A stretch of DNA of 64,000 nt from Escherichia coli (lineage in GTDB: Bacteria; Pseudomonadota; Gammaproteobacteria; Enterobacterales; Enterobacteriaceae), in assembly GCF_003334355.1 (NCBI RefSeq), contig NZ_QOWP01000007.1; one strand, given 5' to 3'. The notes below the pieces were generated by a model that was given only the letters and a program-made list of their open reading frames with translations, did no database searches and was not told the DNA's origin. Of this stretch, positions 1-15,596 are shown piece after piece; position 1 is the first letter of the stretch; each line of letters begins with the position of its first letter. The translations under genes were made by a program, and so were the position numbers.

Positions 1-535
<535 letters not shown>

Positions 536-542
536 TTACCCC

Positions 543-2138
<1,596 letters not shown>

Positions 2139-2598
2139 TCATGTACGAGCTAAATGTTACTCCGTTAAAATAAATTAGTAACAAACGCCCTATAACGTAC
2201 TGAAAATTATGCCTGTGATCTAGCGCCAAAAATCAGTATTTCGGCGTGAACTCGCAAAATATTAACGATTCAGCCGTGATAGTGGGATAAACACCTTAGA
2301 ACGCCGGATAAAGACTGATAATTGTCTTCGACGGTCGGGTAAAACGAGACATCGCCCCGGCACGAATCACTACTTAACATTAAATTAACTTATACAATTC
2401 AGTTGCTTCAGTAGTAATGATGCTGATACGGCTGTTTTTTAAGCATAGACGGTCATTTGAGCAGGATTAAAATTGGCTTAAGGAATGTGATATGAAAAAT
2501 GACGCAGACAGTTACACCGTTTAAATGCAATAATCAGCCACGTTTCTCGTTAATAACAATACCAGTACCTGGTTTGCGCAAGGCGAAGGATTATTTTT

Positions 2599-3543
2599 AT
2601 GAAGCTTAAGAACACCCTCCTGGCGTCGGCACTGCTTTCTGCTACGGCATTCTCCGTTAACGCAGCAACAGAACTGACACCGGAGCAAGCGGCAGCGGTT
2701 AAACCTTTTGACCGTGTAGTGGTTACCGGTCGTTTTAATGCTATTGGCGAAGCGGTGAAAGCCGTTTCTCGTCGCGCAGATAAAGAAGGTGCCGCCTCTT
2801 TTTATGTTGTCGACACTTCTGATTTTGGTAACAGCGGTAACTGGCGTGTGGTCGCTGACCTCTATAAAGCCGATGCTGAAAAAGCAGAAGAAACAAGTAA
2901 TCGCGTAATTAACGGTGTTGTCGAACTGCCGAAAGATCAGGCTGTTCTGATTGAACCGTTTGACACGGTCACCGTCCAGGGCTTCTATCGTAGCCAGCCA
3001 GAAGTCAATGATGCCATCACCAAAGCGGCAAAAGCGAAAGGTGCCTACTCTTTCTACATCGTTCGTCAAATCGATGCCAACCAGGGCGGCAACCAGCGTA
3101 TTACTGCATTCATCTATAAAAAAGATGCTAAGAAACGTATCGTCCAGAGCCCGGATGTGATCCCGGCAGATTCCGAAGCAGGACGTGCAGCTCTGGCTGC
3201 CGGTGGCGAAGCCGCGAAGAAAGTTGAGATCCCGGGTGTTGCGACTACCGCATCACCAAGTTCTGAAGTCGGTCGCTTCTTTGAAACCCAGTCATCAAAA
3301 GGCGGGCGTTACACCGTCACGCTCCCGGATGGCACTAAAGTCGAAGAACTGAACAAAGCGACCGCAGCGATGATGGTCCCGTTCGACAGCATCAAATTCT
3401 CTGGCAACTACGGCAACATGACCGAAGTCTCCTATCAGGTTGCGAAACGTGCCGCGAAGAAAGGTGCTAAGTATTACCACATCACCCGCCAGTGGCAGGA
3501 ACGTGGTAATAACCTGACCGTCAGCGCAGATCTGTATAAATAA
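2599..3543 (+). CDS. ydgH: periplasmic DUF1471-family protein YdgH, signal peptide present
   Basis: ORF track 314 aa; N-terminal signal peptide MKLKNTLLASALLSATAFSVNA; matches E. coli YdgH. Confidence 0.9.
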   Translation: MKLKNTLLASALLSATAFSVNAATELTPEQAAAVKPFDRVVVTGRFNAIGEAVKAVSRRADKEGAASFYVVDTSDFGNSGNWRVVADLYKADAEKAEETSNRVINGVVELPKDQAVLIEPFDTVTVQGFYRSQPEVNDAITKAAKAKGAYSFYIVRQIDANQGGNQRITAFIYKKDAKKRIVQSPDVIPADSEAGRAALAAGGEAAKKVEIPGVATTASPSSEVGRFFETQSSKGGRYTVTLPDGTKVEELNKATAAMMVPFDSIKFSGNYGNMTEVSYQVAKRAAKKGAKYYHITRQWQERGNNLTVSADLYK

Positions 3544-3728
3544 CTATTCAGTTACTCCTATAAGGCGGCTTGATGCCGCCTTTCGCATTTTTAGTCACAA
3601 ATTTCCCCGCGACCATTGCATGCAGACACATCTCTTCGTAAAATCCCGCGCTTCAGTGGCAAACTCCATTTTTATGCGTTTTGCCCTAATATTTATTCTT
3701 CTTATCACGTTTTAATCACTGGATATCG

Positions 3729-5111
3729 ATGGAAAAGAAACTGGGACTGAGCGCACTCACCGCGCTGGTATTAAGCTCAATGCTGGGCGCGGGTGTTTTC
3801 AGTCTGCCGCAAAATATGGCGGCAGTTGCCAGCCCGGCAGCACTGCTCATCGGCTGGGGTATTACTGGCGCTGGCATTTTATTGCTGGCCTTTGCCATGC
3901 TGATCCTCACGCGCATTCGTCCCGAACTTGACGGCGGTATCTTTACCTATGCCCGCGAAGGGTTTGGCGAGCTAATCGGCTTTTGTTCCGCATGGGGATA
4001 CTGGCTGTGCGCAGTCATCGCCAACGTCTCCTATCTGGTGATCGTTTTTTCCGCGTTAAGCTTTTTTACGGACACGCCGGAATTGCGCCTGTTTGGCGAT
4101 GGTAATACCTGGCAATCGATAGTCGGTGCATCGGCTTTATTGTGGATTGTTCACTTTTTGATCCTGCGCGGGGTGCAAACCGCTGCCAGCATTAACCTGG
4201 TGGCGACACTGGCAAAATTGTTGCCGCTGGGTCTGTTTGTTGTGCTGGCGATGATGATGTTCAAACTGGATACCTTCAAGCTCGACTTCACCGGACTTGC
4301 ACTTGGCGTACCCGTTTGGGAACAGGTGAAAAACACCATGCTGATCACCCTGTGGGTTTTCATTGGTGTGGAAGGTGCCGTGGTTGTTTCTGCGCGTGCG
4401 CGTAATAAACGTGATGTTGGCAAAGCGACACTGCTGGCGGTTCTCTCCGCTCTGGGCGTTTACTTGCTGGTAACGCTGCTTTCGCTGGGTGTGGTGGCAC
4501 GTCCTGAACTGGCTGAAATTCGTAACCCGTCAATGGCCGGTCTGATGGTGGAAATGATGGGACCATGGGGCGAAATCATCATCGCTGCCGGTTTGATCGT
4601 TTCCGTTTGCGGCGCGTACTTAAGCTGGACCATCATGGCAGCAGAAGTACCGTTCCTGGCCGCCACTCATAAAGCATTCCCGCGCATTTTTGCGCGCCAG
4701 AACGCACAAGCTGCGCCATCCGCCTCACTGTGGTTGACCAACATCTGCGTGCAAATTTGTCTGGTACTCATCTGGCTGACCGGTTCCGATTACAACACGT
4801 TGCTGACCATCGCCTCAGAAATGATTCTGGTGCCCTATTTCCTGGTCGGCGCGTTCTTGCTGAAAATCGCAACCCGTCCACTGCATAAAGCGGTAGGTGT
4901 CGGTGCCTGCATTTATGGCTTATGGTTATTGTACGCCTCTGGTCCAATGCACTTGCTGTTATCCGTTGTTCTGTATGCACCGGGGCTGCTGGTTTTCCTG
5001 TACGCGCGCAAAACGCATACCCATGATAATGTACTGAACCGTCAGGAAATGGTGCTGATTGGCATGCTGTTAATTGCCTCAGTTCCGGCGACCTGGATGC
5101 TGGTGGGATAA
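3729..5111 (+). CDS. ydgI: APC-family putative arginine:ornithine antiporter (ArcD homolog)
   Basis: ORF track 460 aa; polytopic membrane protein matching E. coli YdgI. Confidence 0.9.
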   Translation: MEKKLGLSALTALVLSSMLGAGVFSLPQNMAAVASPAALLIGWGITGAGILLLAFAMLILTRIRPELDGGIFTYAREGFGELIGFCSAWGYWLCAVIANVSYLVIVFSALSFFTDTPELRLFGDGNTWQSIVGASALLWIVHFLILRGVQTAASINLVATLAKLLPLGLFVVLAMMMFKLDTFKLDFTGLALGVPVWEQVKNTMLITLWVFIGVEGAVVVSARARNKRDVGKATLLAVLSALGVYLLVTLLSLGVVARPELAEIRNPSMAGLMVEMMGPWGEIIIAAGLIVSVCGAYLSWTIMAAEVPFLAATHKAFPRIFARQNAQAAPSASLWLTNICVQICLVLIWLTGSDYNTLLTIASEMILVPYFLVGAFLLKIATRPLHKAVGVGACIYGLWLLYASGPMHLLLSVVLYAPGLLVFLYARKTHTHDNVLNRQEMVLIGMLLIASVPATWMLVG

Positions 5112-5147
5112 CGTTCATCCCATCGTTGGATAGCAAAGGAGATAACG

Positions 5148-5870
5148 ATGGGTAAAACCCAGCCCTTGCCAATATTAATTACTGGCGGAGGTCGTCGCAT
5201 CGGCCTCGCCCTCGCATGGCATTTCATTAATCAAAAGCAACCGGTGATTGTCAGCTATCGGACACACTATCCAGCCATTGATGGACTGATTAATGCAGGT
5301 GCGCAGTGTATTCAGGCTGATTTTTCGACCAACGACGGTGTGATGGCGTTTGCCGATGAAGTACTAAAAAGCACCCATGGTCTGCGTGCTATTTTGCATA
5401 ACGCCAGTGCGTGGATGGCGGAAAAACCGGGTGCGCCACTGGCCGACGTACTGGCTTGCATGATGCAGATCCACGTTAATACCCCATACCTGCTCAACCA
5501 TGCGCTGGAAAGATTACTGCGTGGGCACGGACACGCCGCCAGCGATATCATTCACTTTACCGATTATGTGGTGGAGCGCGGTAGCGACAAACATATTGCG
5601 TATGCTGCAAGCAAAGCGGCACTGGATAATATGACCCGCTCGTTTGCCCGCAAGCTGGCACCGGAAGTGAAAGTGAATTCTATTGCGCCATCGCTGATCC
5701 TGTTTAATGAACATGATGATGCCGAATATCGACAACAGGCGCTGAATAAATCACTGATGAAAACCGCGCCTGGCGAGAAAGAAGTGATCGACCTGGTCGA
5801 TTACTTACTTACCAGTTGCTTTGTCACCGGACGCAGTTTCCCACTTGATGGCGGTCGTCATCTGCGTTAA
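5148..5870 (+). CDS. folM: dihydromonapterin reductase / alternative dihydrofolate reductase (SDR family)
   Basis: ORF track 240 aa; N-terminal ILITGGGRRIG Rossmann motif; matches FolM. Confidence 0.93.
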   Translation: MGKTQPLPILITGGGRRIGLALAWHFINQKQPVIVSYRTHYPAIDGLINAGAQCIQADFSTNDGVMAFADEVLKSTHGLRAILHNASAWMAEKPGAPLADVLACMMQIHVNTPYLLNHALERLLRGHGHAASDIIHFTDYVVERGSDKHIAYAASKAALDNMTRSFARKLAPEVKVNSIAPSLILFNEHDDAEYRQQALNKSLMKTAPGEKEVIDLVDYLLTSCFVTGRSFPLDGGRHLR

Positions 5871-6202
5871 TGCAGCTTTATCCAGCATATAATCAACACC
5901 CATGCGCTTATCCCCCAACACGCAACAGAACCAACAAAAGCGGCGGGCAAGCGCATCATTCCGGTGAAATACCACAGCGACACCAGGTAAACAAAATAGG
6001 GAATAATCGACCACATACTAAAAATGATGGTTGCGCGTAAGGCTTCAATGCCGCGTTCGCTGGCAACAATATAATGCGCGATAAGCGCAAAGGTCGGGAA
6101 AAGTGGAATCAGCCCGGCGATATAATAATTTTTCGTTTTTGCTAAAACACCAATCAACAGCACTACCAGCGCACCGAGCGCGGCTTTGATTACCAGCCCC
6201 AT
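5867..6202 (-). CDS. ydgC: GlpM-family inner membrane protein
   Basis: ORF track 111 aa, hydrophobic; overlaps the folM stop by 4 nt on the opposite strand. Confidence 0.88.
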   Translation of the reverse strand: MGLVIKAALGALVVLLIGVLAKTKNYYIAGLIPLFPTFALIAHYIVASERGIEALRATIIFSMWSIIPYFVYLVSLWYFTGMMRLPAAFVGSVACWGISAWVLIICWIKLH

Positions 6203-6257
6203 CTTTTTACCTTAACACTTCCATAACAAGTCATCAGTAGAATACCTGATGAAAACT

Positions 6258-6274
6258 TGTTTAGAAACGATTGA
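6258..6274 (+). promoter_or_regulatory. possible PhoP box (TGTTTA-N5-GATTGA) upstream of rstA
   Basis: Direct-repeat-like motif tgtttagaaacgattga about 60 nt upstream of the rstA start; rstA is a known PhoP-activated gene; second half-site is a weak match. Confidence 0.35.
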
Positions 6275-6330
6275 TAGTAAGTAAAAACAGCGCGGTGTAT
6301 TGTGACGTTTTTATATCTACCGTGAATGTT

Positions 6331-7050
6331 ATGAACACTATCGTATTTGTGGAAGATGATGCGGAAGTCGGTTCACTGATTGCCGCGTACCTGGCAAAAC
6401 ATGATATGCAGGTTACCGTAGAGCCGCGCGGCGACCAGGCCGAAGAAACCATTTTGCGAGAAAATCCGGATTTGGTGTTACTCGACATCATGCTACCAGG
6501 CAAGGACGGCATGACCATTTGTCGTGATTTACGCGCAAAGTGGTCTGGACCGATTGTTCTTCTAACCTCTCTCGATAGCGATATGAACCACATCCTGGCA
6601 CTGGAAATGGGTGCCTGCGACTATATTCTCAAAACGACGCCCCCTGCTGTTTTGCTAGCGCGTTTACGTTTGCATTTGCGTCAGAATGAGCAAGCCACAC
6701 TGACCAAAGGTCTTCAGGAAACGTCTCTGACTCCCTACAAAGCCCTGCATTTCGGCACGTTGACCATCGATCCCATCAACCGCGTAGTCACCCTGGCTAA
6801 CACTGAAATCTCGCTCTCGACAGCTGATTTCGAATTATTGTGGGAATTAGCTACCCATGCCGGGCAAATCATGGACCGCGATGCATTGCTGAAAAATTTA
6901 CGCGGCGTCAGTTATGACGGACTGGATCGTAGCGTGGACGTGGCTATTTCGCGGTTAAGAAAAAAACTACTCGATAACGCCGCAGAACCTTATCGCATTA
7001 AAACCGTGCGTAACAAAGGCTATCTTTTTGCGCCTCATGCATGGGAATAA
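6331..7050 (+). CDS. rstA: two-component response regulator RstA (OmpR family)
   Basis: ORF track 6271..7050; recognised start MNTIVFVEDD is 20 codons in, giving 239 aa; receiver plus winged-helix domains. Confidence 0.95.
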   Translation: MNTIVFVEDDAEVGSLIAAYLAKHDMQVTVEPRGDQAEETILRENPDLVLLDIMLPGKDGMTICRDLRAKWSGPIVLLTSLDSDMNHILALEMGACDYILKTTPPAVLLARLRLHLRQNEQATLTKGLQETSLTPYKALHFGTLTIDPINRVVTLANTEISLSTADFELLWELATHAGQIMDRDALLKNLRGVSYDGLDRSVDVAISRLRKKLLDNAAEPYRIKTVRNKGYLFAPHAWE

Positions 7051-7053
7051 GCG

Positions 7054-8355
7054 ATGAAAAAATTGTTTATCCAGTTTTACCTGTTATTGTTTGTCTGCTT
7101 CCTTGTGATGTCTCTGCTGGTTGGGCTGGTGTACAAATTTACCGCCGAACGCGCGGGCAAACAGTCGCTGGATGATTTGATGAACAGTTCGCTGTATCTG
7201 ATGCGCAGCGAATTGCGTGAGATCCCCCCACACGACTGGGGTAAGACGCTGAAAGAGATGGATTTAAATCTCTCTTTCGATCTGCGTGTCGAGCCACTGA
7301 GTAAATACCATCTTGATGATATTTCCATGCACCGACTGCGTGGCGGCGAAATTGTCGCCCTGGACGATCAGTACACGTTTTTGCAGCGTATCCCGCGCAG
7401 CCACTACGTGCTGGCAGTTGGTCCTGTTCCTTATCTTTATTACCTCCATCAAATGCGATTGCTGGATATCGCCCTGATCGCTTTTATTGCTATTTCCCTC
7501 GCCTTTCCGGTGTTTATCTGGATGCGTCCGCACTGGCAGGATATGTTAAAACTGGAAGCAGCGGCGCAACGATTTGGCGATGGGCATCTCAATGAACGTA
7601 TCCACTTTGATGAGGGTTCGAGCTTTGAACGACTTGGCGTCGCATTTAACCAGATGGCGGACAATATCAACGCCTTAATTGCCAGCAAAAAACAGCTTAT
7701 TGACGGTATCGCTCACGAACTGCGAACACCGTTAGTGCGCCTGCGTTATCGACTGGAGATGAGCGATAACCTGAGCGCCGCCGAATCCCAGGCGTTGAAT
7801 CGTGATATCAGTCAACTTGAAGCTTTAATTGAAGAGCTGCTGACTTATGCCCGACTCGATCGCCCACAAAACGAGCTTCATCTTAGCGAACCAGACCTGC
7901 CGTTGTGGCTGTCAACGCATCTGGCAGATATTCAGGCAGTAACGCCCGATAAAACGGTACGGATAAAAACGCTCATGCAAGGCCATTATGCGGCGTTGGA
8001 TATGCGCTTAATGGAGCGCGTGCTGGATAATTTGCTCAATAACGCCCTGCGCTACTGCCATTCAACGGTTGAAACCAGCCTGCTACTGTCGGGGAATAAA
8101 GCGACATTAATTGTTGAGGATGATGGCTCAGGGATTGCCCCAGAAAACCGCGAACATATCTTTGAACCTTTTGTTCGCCTCGATCCCAGCCGGGGTCGCT
8201 CAACCGGCGGCTGCGGGCTGGGACTGGCAATTGTCCACTCTATAGCACTGGCAATGGGCGGTACGGTTAATTGTGGCACCAGCGAACTGGGTGGTGCCCG
8301 CTTCTCGTTTAGCTGGCCGTTATGGCATAACATCCCGCAATTTACCTCTGCTTGA
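7054..8355 (+). CDS. rstB: two-component sensor histidine kinase RstB
   Basis: ORF track 433 aa; H-box GIAHELRTPL and the HATPase G-boxes are present; 3 nt after rstA. Confidence 0.95.
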   Translation: MKKLFIQFYLLLFVCFLVMSLLVGLVYKFTAERAGKQSLDDLMNSSLYLMRSELREIPPHDWGKTLKEMDLNLSFDLRVEPLSKYHLDDISMHRLRGGEIVALDDQYTFLQRIPRSHYVLAVGPVPYLYYLHQMRLLDIALIAFIAISLAFPVFIWMRPHWQDMLKLEAAAQRFGDGHLNERIHFDEGSSFERLGVAFNQMADNINALIASKKQLIDGIAHELRTPLVRLRYRLEMSDNLSAAESQALNRDISQLEALIEELLTYARLDRPQNELHLSEPDLPLWLSTHLADIQAVTPDKTVRIKTLMQGHYAALDMRLMERVLDNLLNNALRYCHSTVETSLLLSGNKATLIVEDDGSGIAPENREHIFEPFVRLDPSRGRSTGGCGLGLAIVHSIALAMGGTVNCGTSELGGARFSFSWPLWHNIPQFTSA

Positions 8356-8397
8356 CACTACGCGCACGGTGGTCAAGTCACCACCACTGTGCTATAA

Positions 8398-10760
<2,363 letters not shown>

Positions 10761-10873
10761 GACCTGCTCCTCACCTGATTAATTTTTTCTTTCTGTTTTG
10801 CTTTCGTTAAGCAACTTTTAGCTCACTTATTATTTACCATTTGATAACAAATGTTTGGTCTTTCGTGCCATGT

Positions 10874-10902
10874 AAAAAAACCGCCCCGAAGGGCGGCTCT
10901 GT
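10874..10902 (-). terminator. rho-independent terminator downstream of fumA
   Basis: GC hairpin ccgccccgaagggcgg; on the minus strand it is followed by a run of 7 U. Confidence 0.7.
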
Positions 10903-12549
10903 TTATTTCACACAGCGGGTGCATTGTGTGAGTTGTATCTGCTGGAAGAAGTCATTTCCTTTATCATCCACAAGGATAAACGCCGGGAAATCTTCCACTT
11001 CAATTTTCCAGATGGCTTCCATTCCCAGTTCCGGATATTCAACACATTCCAGGCTCTTAATACTTCCCTGCGCCAATACAGCGGCCGGACCACCGATACT
11101 GCCAAGGTAGAAGCCGCCGTGTTTTTTACAGGCATCCGTCACCTGCTGGCTGCGGTTGCCTTTCGCCAGCATGATCATACTTCCGCCCTGCGCTTGCAGT
11201 TGATCGACATAAGAATCCATCCGTCCGGCGGTCGTTGGGCCAAGAGAACCGGAGGCATAACCTTCCGGCGTTTTGGCCGGACCCGCGTAGTAAATCGGAT
11301 GATCTTTGATGTACTGCGGCAGCCCTTCACCGTTATCCATCCGCTCTTTCAGTTTGGCGTGAGCAATATCACGACCGACGATAATCGTGCCGTTAAGCGA
11401 TAAGCGTGTAGAAACGGGATACTGCGACAACTGTGCGAGGATCTCTTTCATCGGACGGTTAAGGTCAACGCGCACCGCTTCGCCTTCTCCCGCTTTGCGC
11501 AGCTCTTCCGGGATATATTTGCCTGGATTATGTTCCAGTTTTTCGATCCAGATCCCCTGACGGTTGATCTTCGCTTTGATATTACGGTCAGCAGAGCAGG
11601 AGACGCCCATACCGACCGGGCAGGATGCGCCGTGACGTGGCAGGCGAATCACGCGGATGTCGTGAGCGAAGTATTTACCACCAAACTGCGCACCCAGACC
11701 AAGATTTTGCGCTTCGATCAGCAATTCTTTTTCCAGTTCCACATCGCGGAACGCCTGACCGTGCTCATTCCCTTCCGTTGGCAGTTCATCATAGTATTTC
11801 GCGGAAGCCAGTTTCACCGTTTTAAGGTTCATTTCTGCAGAAGTTCCACCAATAACGAACGCAATATGATACGGAGGACAGGCCGCCGTACCCAGCGTGC
11901 GCATCTTCTCAACCAGGTAATTTTTCAGTTTCCCCGGCGTCAGTAACGCTTTGGTTTCCTGATAGAGATACGTCTTGTTTGCCGAACCACCACCTTTGGC
12001 GATACAGAGGAATTTGTATTCGTCGCCATCAACGGCATAAAGATCGATCTGCGCTGGCAGATTGGTGCCGGTATTCACTTCTTTATACATATCCAGCGGC
12101 GCGTTTTGCGAGTAGCGCAGATTATCTTCGATATAAGTGTTATAGACACCGCGCGCCAGCGCCGCTTCATCACCACCACCGGTCCATACACGCTGCCCTT
12201 TTTTACCAACAATAATCGCGGTGCCGGTATCCTGACAGGTTGGCAGAACGCCTTTCGCCGCGATGTCGGAGTTACGCAGGAATTGCAGCGCCACATATTT
12301 ATCATTTTCGCTGGCCTCCGGGTCACGCAGAATGTCGGCCACCTGTTGTTGGTGCGCCGGACGCAGCATGAACGACGCATCATGAAACGCCTGGCGCGCC
12401 AACAGAGTTAACGCTTCGGGTGCGACTTTCAAAATCTCCTGCCCTTCAAATTCAGATACGCTAACGTGTTCGCTGGTTAGCAGGTAATACTCAGTATCAT
12501 CTTTTTTGAGTGGAAAAGGAGCCTGATAATGAAAGGGTTTGTTTGACAT
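10903..12549 (-). CDS. fumA: fumarate hydratase class I, Fe-S dependent (fumarase A)
   Basis: ORF track 548 aa; full-length match to FumA. Confidence 0.96.
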   Translation of the reverse strand: MSNKPFHYQAPFPLKKDDTEYYLLTSEHVSVSEFEGQEILKVAPEALTLLARQAFHDASFMLRPAHQQQVADILRDPEASENDKYVALQFLRNSDIAAKGVLPTCQDTGTAIIVGKKGQRVWTGGGDEAALARGVYNTYIEDNLRYSQNAPLDMYKEVNTGTNLPAQIDLYAVDGDEYKFLCIAKGGGSANKTYLYQETKALLTPGKLKNYLVEKMRTLGTAACPPYHIAFVIGGTSAEMNLKTVKLASAKYYDELPTEGNEHGQAFRDVELEKELLIEAQNLGLGAQFGGKYFAHDIRVIRLPRHGASCPVGMGVSCSADRNIKAKINRQGIWIEKLEHNPGKYIPEELRKAGEGEAVRVDLNRPMKEILAQLSQYPVSTRLSLNGTIIVGRDIAHAKLKERMDNGEGLPQYIKDHPIYYAGPAKTPEGYASGSLGPTTAGRMDSYVDQLQAQGGSMIMLAKGNRSQQVTDACKKHGGFYLGSIGGPAAVLAQGSIKSLECVEYPELGMEAIWKIEVEDFPAFILVDDKGNDFFQQIQLTQCTRCVK

Positions 12550-12747
12550 TGTTCTCTCACTTACTGCCTGGTTTGGTTATGCTCTGGGCGGGTGTTCCGT
12601 TGCCCTGTTAAAAGCGAGTAACAATATCCTACACACTTTTTTAACAAAAACTGAGACTAGTACGACTTTTTGCGGCTCCAGGTTACTTCCCGTAGGATTC
12701 TTGCTTTAATAGTGGGATTAATTTCCACATTAAAACAGGGATTGATC

Positions 12748-13923
12748 ATGCAAAAACTCATTAACTCAGTGCAAAACTATGCCTGGGGCAGCAAAACGGC
12801 GTTGACTGAACTTTATGGTATGGAAAATCCGTCCAGCCAGCCGATGGCCGAGCTGTGGATGGGCGCACATCCGAAAAGCAGTTCACGAGTGCAGAATGCC
12901 GCCGGAGATATCGTTTCACTGCGTGATGTGATTGAGAGTGATAAATCGACTCTGCTCGGAGAGGCCGTTGCCAAACGCTTTGGCGAACTGCCTTTCCTGT
13001 TCAAAGTATTATGCGCAGCACAGCCACTCTCCATTCAGGTTCATCCAAACAAACACAATTCTGAAATCGGTTTTGCCAAAGAAAATGCCGCAGGTATCCC
13101 GATGGATGCCGCCGAGCGTAACTATAAAGATCCTAACCACAAGCCGGAGCTGGTTTTTGCGCTGACGCCTTTCCTTGCGATGAACGCGTTTCGTGAATTT
13201 TCCGAGATTGTCTCCCTACTCCAGCCGGTCGCAGGTGCACATCCGGCGATTGCTCACTTTTTACAACAGCCTGATGCCGAACGTTTAAGCGAACTGTTCG
13301 CCAGCCTGTTGAATATGCAGGGTGAAGAAAAATCCCGCGCGCTGGCGATTTTAAAATCGGCCCTCGATAGCCAGCAGGGTGAACCGTGGCAAACGATTCG
13401 TTTAATTTCTGAATTTTACCCGGAAGACAGCGGTCTGTTCTCCCCGCTATTGCTGAATGTGGTGAAATTGAACCCTGGCGAAGCGATGTTCCTGTTCGCT
13501 GAAACACCGCACGCTTACCTGCAAGGCGTGGCGCTGGAAGTGATGGCAAACTCCGATAACGTGCTGCGTGCGGGTCTGACGCCTAAATACATTGATATTC
13601 CGGAACTGGTTGCCAATGTGAAATTCGAAGCCAAACCGGCTAACCAGTTGTTGACCCAGCCGGTGAAACAAGGTGCAGAACTGGACTTCCCGATTCCAGT
13701 GGATGATTTTGCCTTCTCGCTGCATGACCTTAGTGATAAAGAAACCACCATTAGCCAGCAGAGTGCCGCCATTTTGTTCTGCGTCGAAGGCGATGCAACG
13801 TTGTGGAAAGGTTCTCAGCAGTTACAGCTTAAACCGGGTGAATCAGCGTTTATTGCCGCCAACGAATCACCGGTGACTGTCAAAGGCCACGGCCGTTTAG
13901 CGCGTGTTTACAACAAGCTGTAA
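12748..13923 (+). CDS. manA: mannose-6-phosphate isomerase
   Basis: ORF track 12670..13923; recognised start MQKLINSVQNYAWGS is 26 codons in, giving 391 aa. Confidence 0.96.
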   Translation: MQKLINSVQNYAWGSKTALTELYGMENPSSQPMAELWMGAHPKSSSRVQNAAGDIVSLRDVIESDKSTLLGEAVAKRFGELPFLFKVLCAAQPLSIQVHPNKHNSEIGFAKENAAGIPMDAAERNYKDPNHKPELVFALTPFLAMNAFREFSEIVSLLQPVAGAHPAIAHFLQQPDAERLSELFASLLNMQGEEKSRALAILKSALDSQQGEPWQTIRLISEFYPEDSGLFSPLLLNVVKLNPGEAMFLFAETPHAYLQGVALEVMANSDNVLRAGLTPKYIDIPELVANVKFEAKPANQLLTQPVKQGAELDFPIPVDDFAFSLHDLSDKETTISQQSAAILFCVEGDATLWKGSQQLQLKPGESAFIAANESPVTVKGHGRLARVYNKL

Positions 13924-13981
13924 GAGCTTACTGAAAAAATTAACATCTCTTGCTAAGCTTATTAAAGGCTTATAACACCTT

Positions 13982-14010
13982 CAGGCGGCCAGTCCGCCTG
14001 ATTTCATTTT
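13982..14010 (+). terminator. putative rho-independent terminator after manA
   Basis: Hairpin caggcgg-ccagt-ccgcctg followed by the T-rich stretch atttcatttt. Confidence 0.5.
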
Positions 14011-14023
14011 ATGGATAATCATT

Positions 14024-15532
14024 ATGAATAAATCGCTGGTAGCGGTAGGCGTCATTGTTGCGCTAGGCGTAGTCTGGACAGGCGGCGCATGGTATACAGG
14101 CAAGAAGATTGAAACCCATCTCGAAGACATGGTCGCGCAGGCGAACGCGCAACTCAAACTGACAGCTCCTGAATCCAACCTGGAAGTGAGTTATCAAAAC
14201 TATCATCGCGGCGTATTCAGCAGCCAGTTGCAACTGTTGGTGAAACCCATTGCCGGGAAAGAAAATCCGTGGATTAAAAGCGGTCAGAGCGTCATCTTCA
14301 ACGAATCGGTTGATCATGGTCCCTTCCCGCTTGCCCAGCTTAAAAAACTGAACCTGATCCCGTCGATGGCATCAATTCAAACCACGCTGGTTAATAACGA
14401 AGTAAGCAAACCACTGTTTGATATGGCAAAAGGTGAAACGCCTTTTGAGATTAACTCGCGCATTGGTTACAGCGGTGATTCCAGTTCCGATATTTCGCTC
14501 AAGCCACTGAATTACGAGCAAAAGGATGAAAAAGTCGCCTTTAGCGGCGGCGAGTTCCAGTTAAATGCTGACAGAGACGGCAAAGCCATCTCCCTTTCCG
14601 GGGAGGCGCAAAGTGGTCGGATAGACGCAGTTAACGAATACAACCAGAAAGTGCAGTTGACCTTTAATAATCTGAAAACCGACGGTTCCAGCACGCTGGC
14701 AAGTTTTGGTGAGCGTGTAGGAAATCAAAAACTGTCACTGGAAAAAATGACCATTTCAGTGGAAGGCAAAGAACTGGCACTGCTGGAAGGCATGGAGATC
14801 AGCGGTAAATCGGATCTGGTCAATGACGGTAAAACGATCAATAGCCAACTGGATTACTCGCTAAACAGCCTGAAGGTACAGAATCAGGATCTGGGCAGCG
14901 GCAAGCTGACTTTAAAAGTCGGCCAGATTGATGGTGAAGCCTGGCATCAGTTTAGCCAGCAATATAACGCGCAAACTCAGGCGCTGCTGGCACAGCCAGA
15001 AATTGCCAACAACCCCGAACTTTATCAGGAGAAAGTGACGGAAGCCTTCTTTAGCGCCCTGCCGCTGATGCTGAAAGGCGATCCGGTGATTACTATCGCG
15101 CCGCTAAGCTGGAAAAACAGTCAGGGTGAAAGTGCCCTGAATCTGTCGCTGTTCCTGAAAGATCCGGCAACGACTAAAGAAGCGCCGCAAACGCTGGCGC
15201 AGGAAGTAGATCGTTCGGTTAAATCTCTGGATGCGAAACTGACCATTCCGGTGGATATGGCAACTGAGTTTATGACTCAGGTAGCGAAGCTGGAAGGTTA
15301 TCAGGAAGATCAAGCGAAAAAACTGGCGAAACAGCAAGTTGAAGGTGCATCAGCAATGGGGCAGATGTTCCGTCTGACCACCTTGCAGGACAATACCATC
15401 ACCACCAGCCTGCAATATGCTAACGGTCAGATAACGTTAAATGGGCAGAAAATGTCGTTAGAAGATTTTGTTGGCATGTTTGCGATGCCAGCTCTTAACG
15501 TTCCGGCTGTACCGGCAATTCCGCAGCAGTAA
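14024..15532 (+). CDS. ydgA: DUF945-family protein YdgA, N-terminal membrane anchor/signal
   Basis: ORF track 502 aa; matches E. coli YdgA. Confidence 0.9.
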   Translation: MNKSLVAVGVIVALGVVWTGGAWYTGKKIETHLEDMVAQANAQLKLTAPESNLEVSYQNYHRGVFSSQLQLLVKPIAGKENPWIKSGQSVIFNESVDHGPFPLAQLKKLNLIPSMASIQTTLVNNEVSKPLFDMAKGETPFEINSRIGYSGDSSSDISLKPLNYEQKDEKVAFSGGEFQLNADRDGKAISLSGEAQSGRIDAVNEYNQKVQLTFNNLKTDGSSTLASFGERVGNQKLSLEKMTISVEGKELALLEGMEISGKSDLVNDGKTINSQLDYSLNSLKVQNQDLGSGKLTLKVGQIDGEAWHQFSQQYNAQTQALLAQPEIANNPELYQEKVTEAFFSALPLMLKGDPVITIAPLSWKNSQGESALNLSLFLKDPATTKEAPQTLAQEVDRSVKSLDAKLTIPVDMATEFMTQVAKLEGYQEDQAKKLAKQQVEGASAMGQMFRLTTLQDNTITTSLQYANGQITLNGQKMSLEDFVGMFAMPALNVPAVPAIPQQ

Positions 15533-15543
15533 TTCACGGCCAA

Positions 15544-15573
15544 AACGCCGGAGAATTTTCACTCCGGCGTTTT
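15544..15573 (+). terminator. rho-independent terminator after ydgA
   Basis: Hairpin cgccggag-aattttca-ctccggcg followed by ttttc. Confidence 0.65.
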
Positions 15574-15596
15574 CATCTGAAAACAAACCAGAGATT

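Noticed and set aside
2521-3069. 182-aa minus-strand ORF overlapping the ydgH start and upstream region
   Set aside because: Overlaps ydgH, which has a clear signal peptide and a good match to a known protein; Cys/Phe-rich translation typical of a wrong frame.
10924-11403. 159-aa plus-strand ORF antisense to fumA, and 138-aa ORF at 11530..11946
   Set aside because: Embedded in fumA on the opposite strand.
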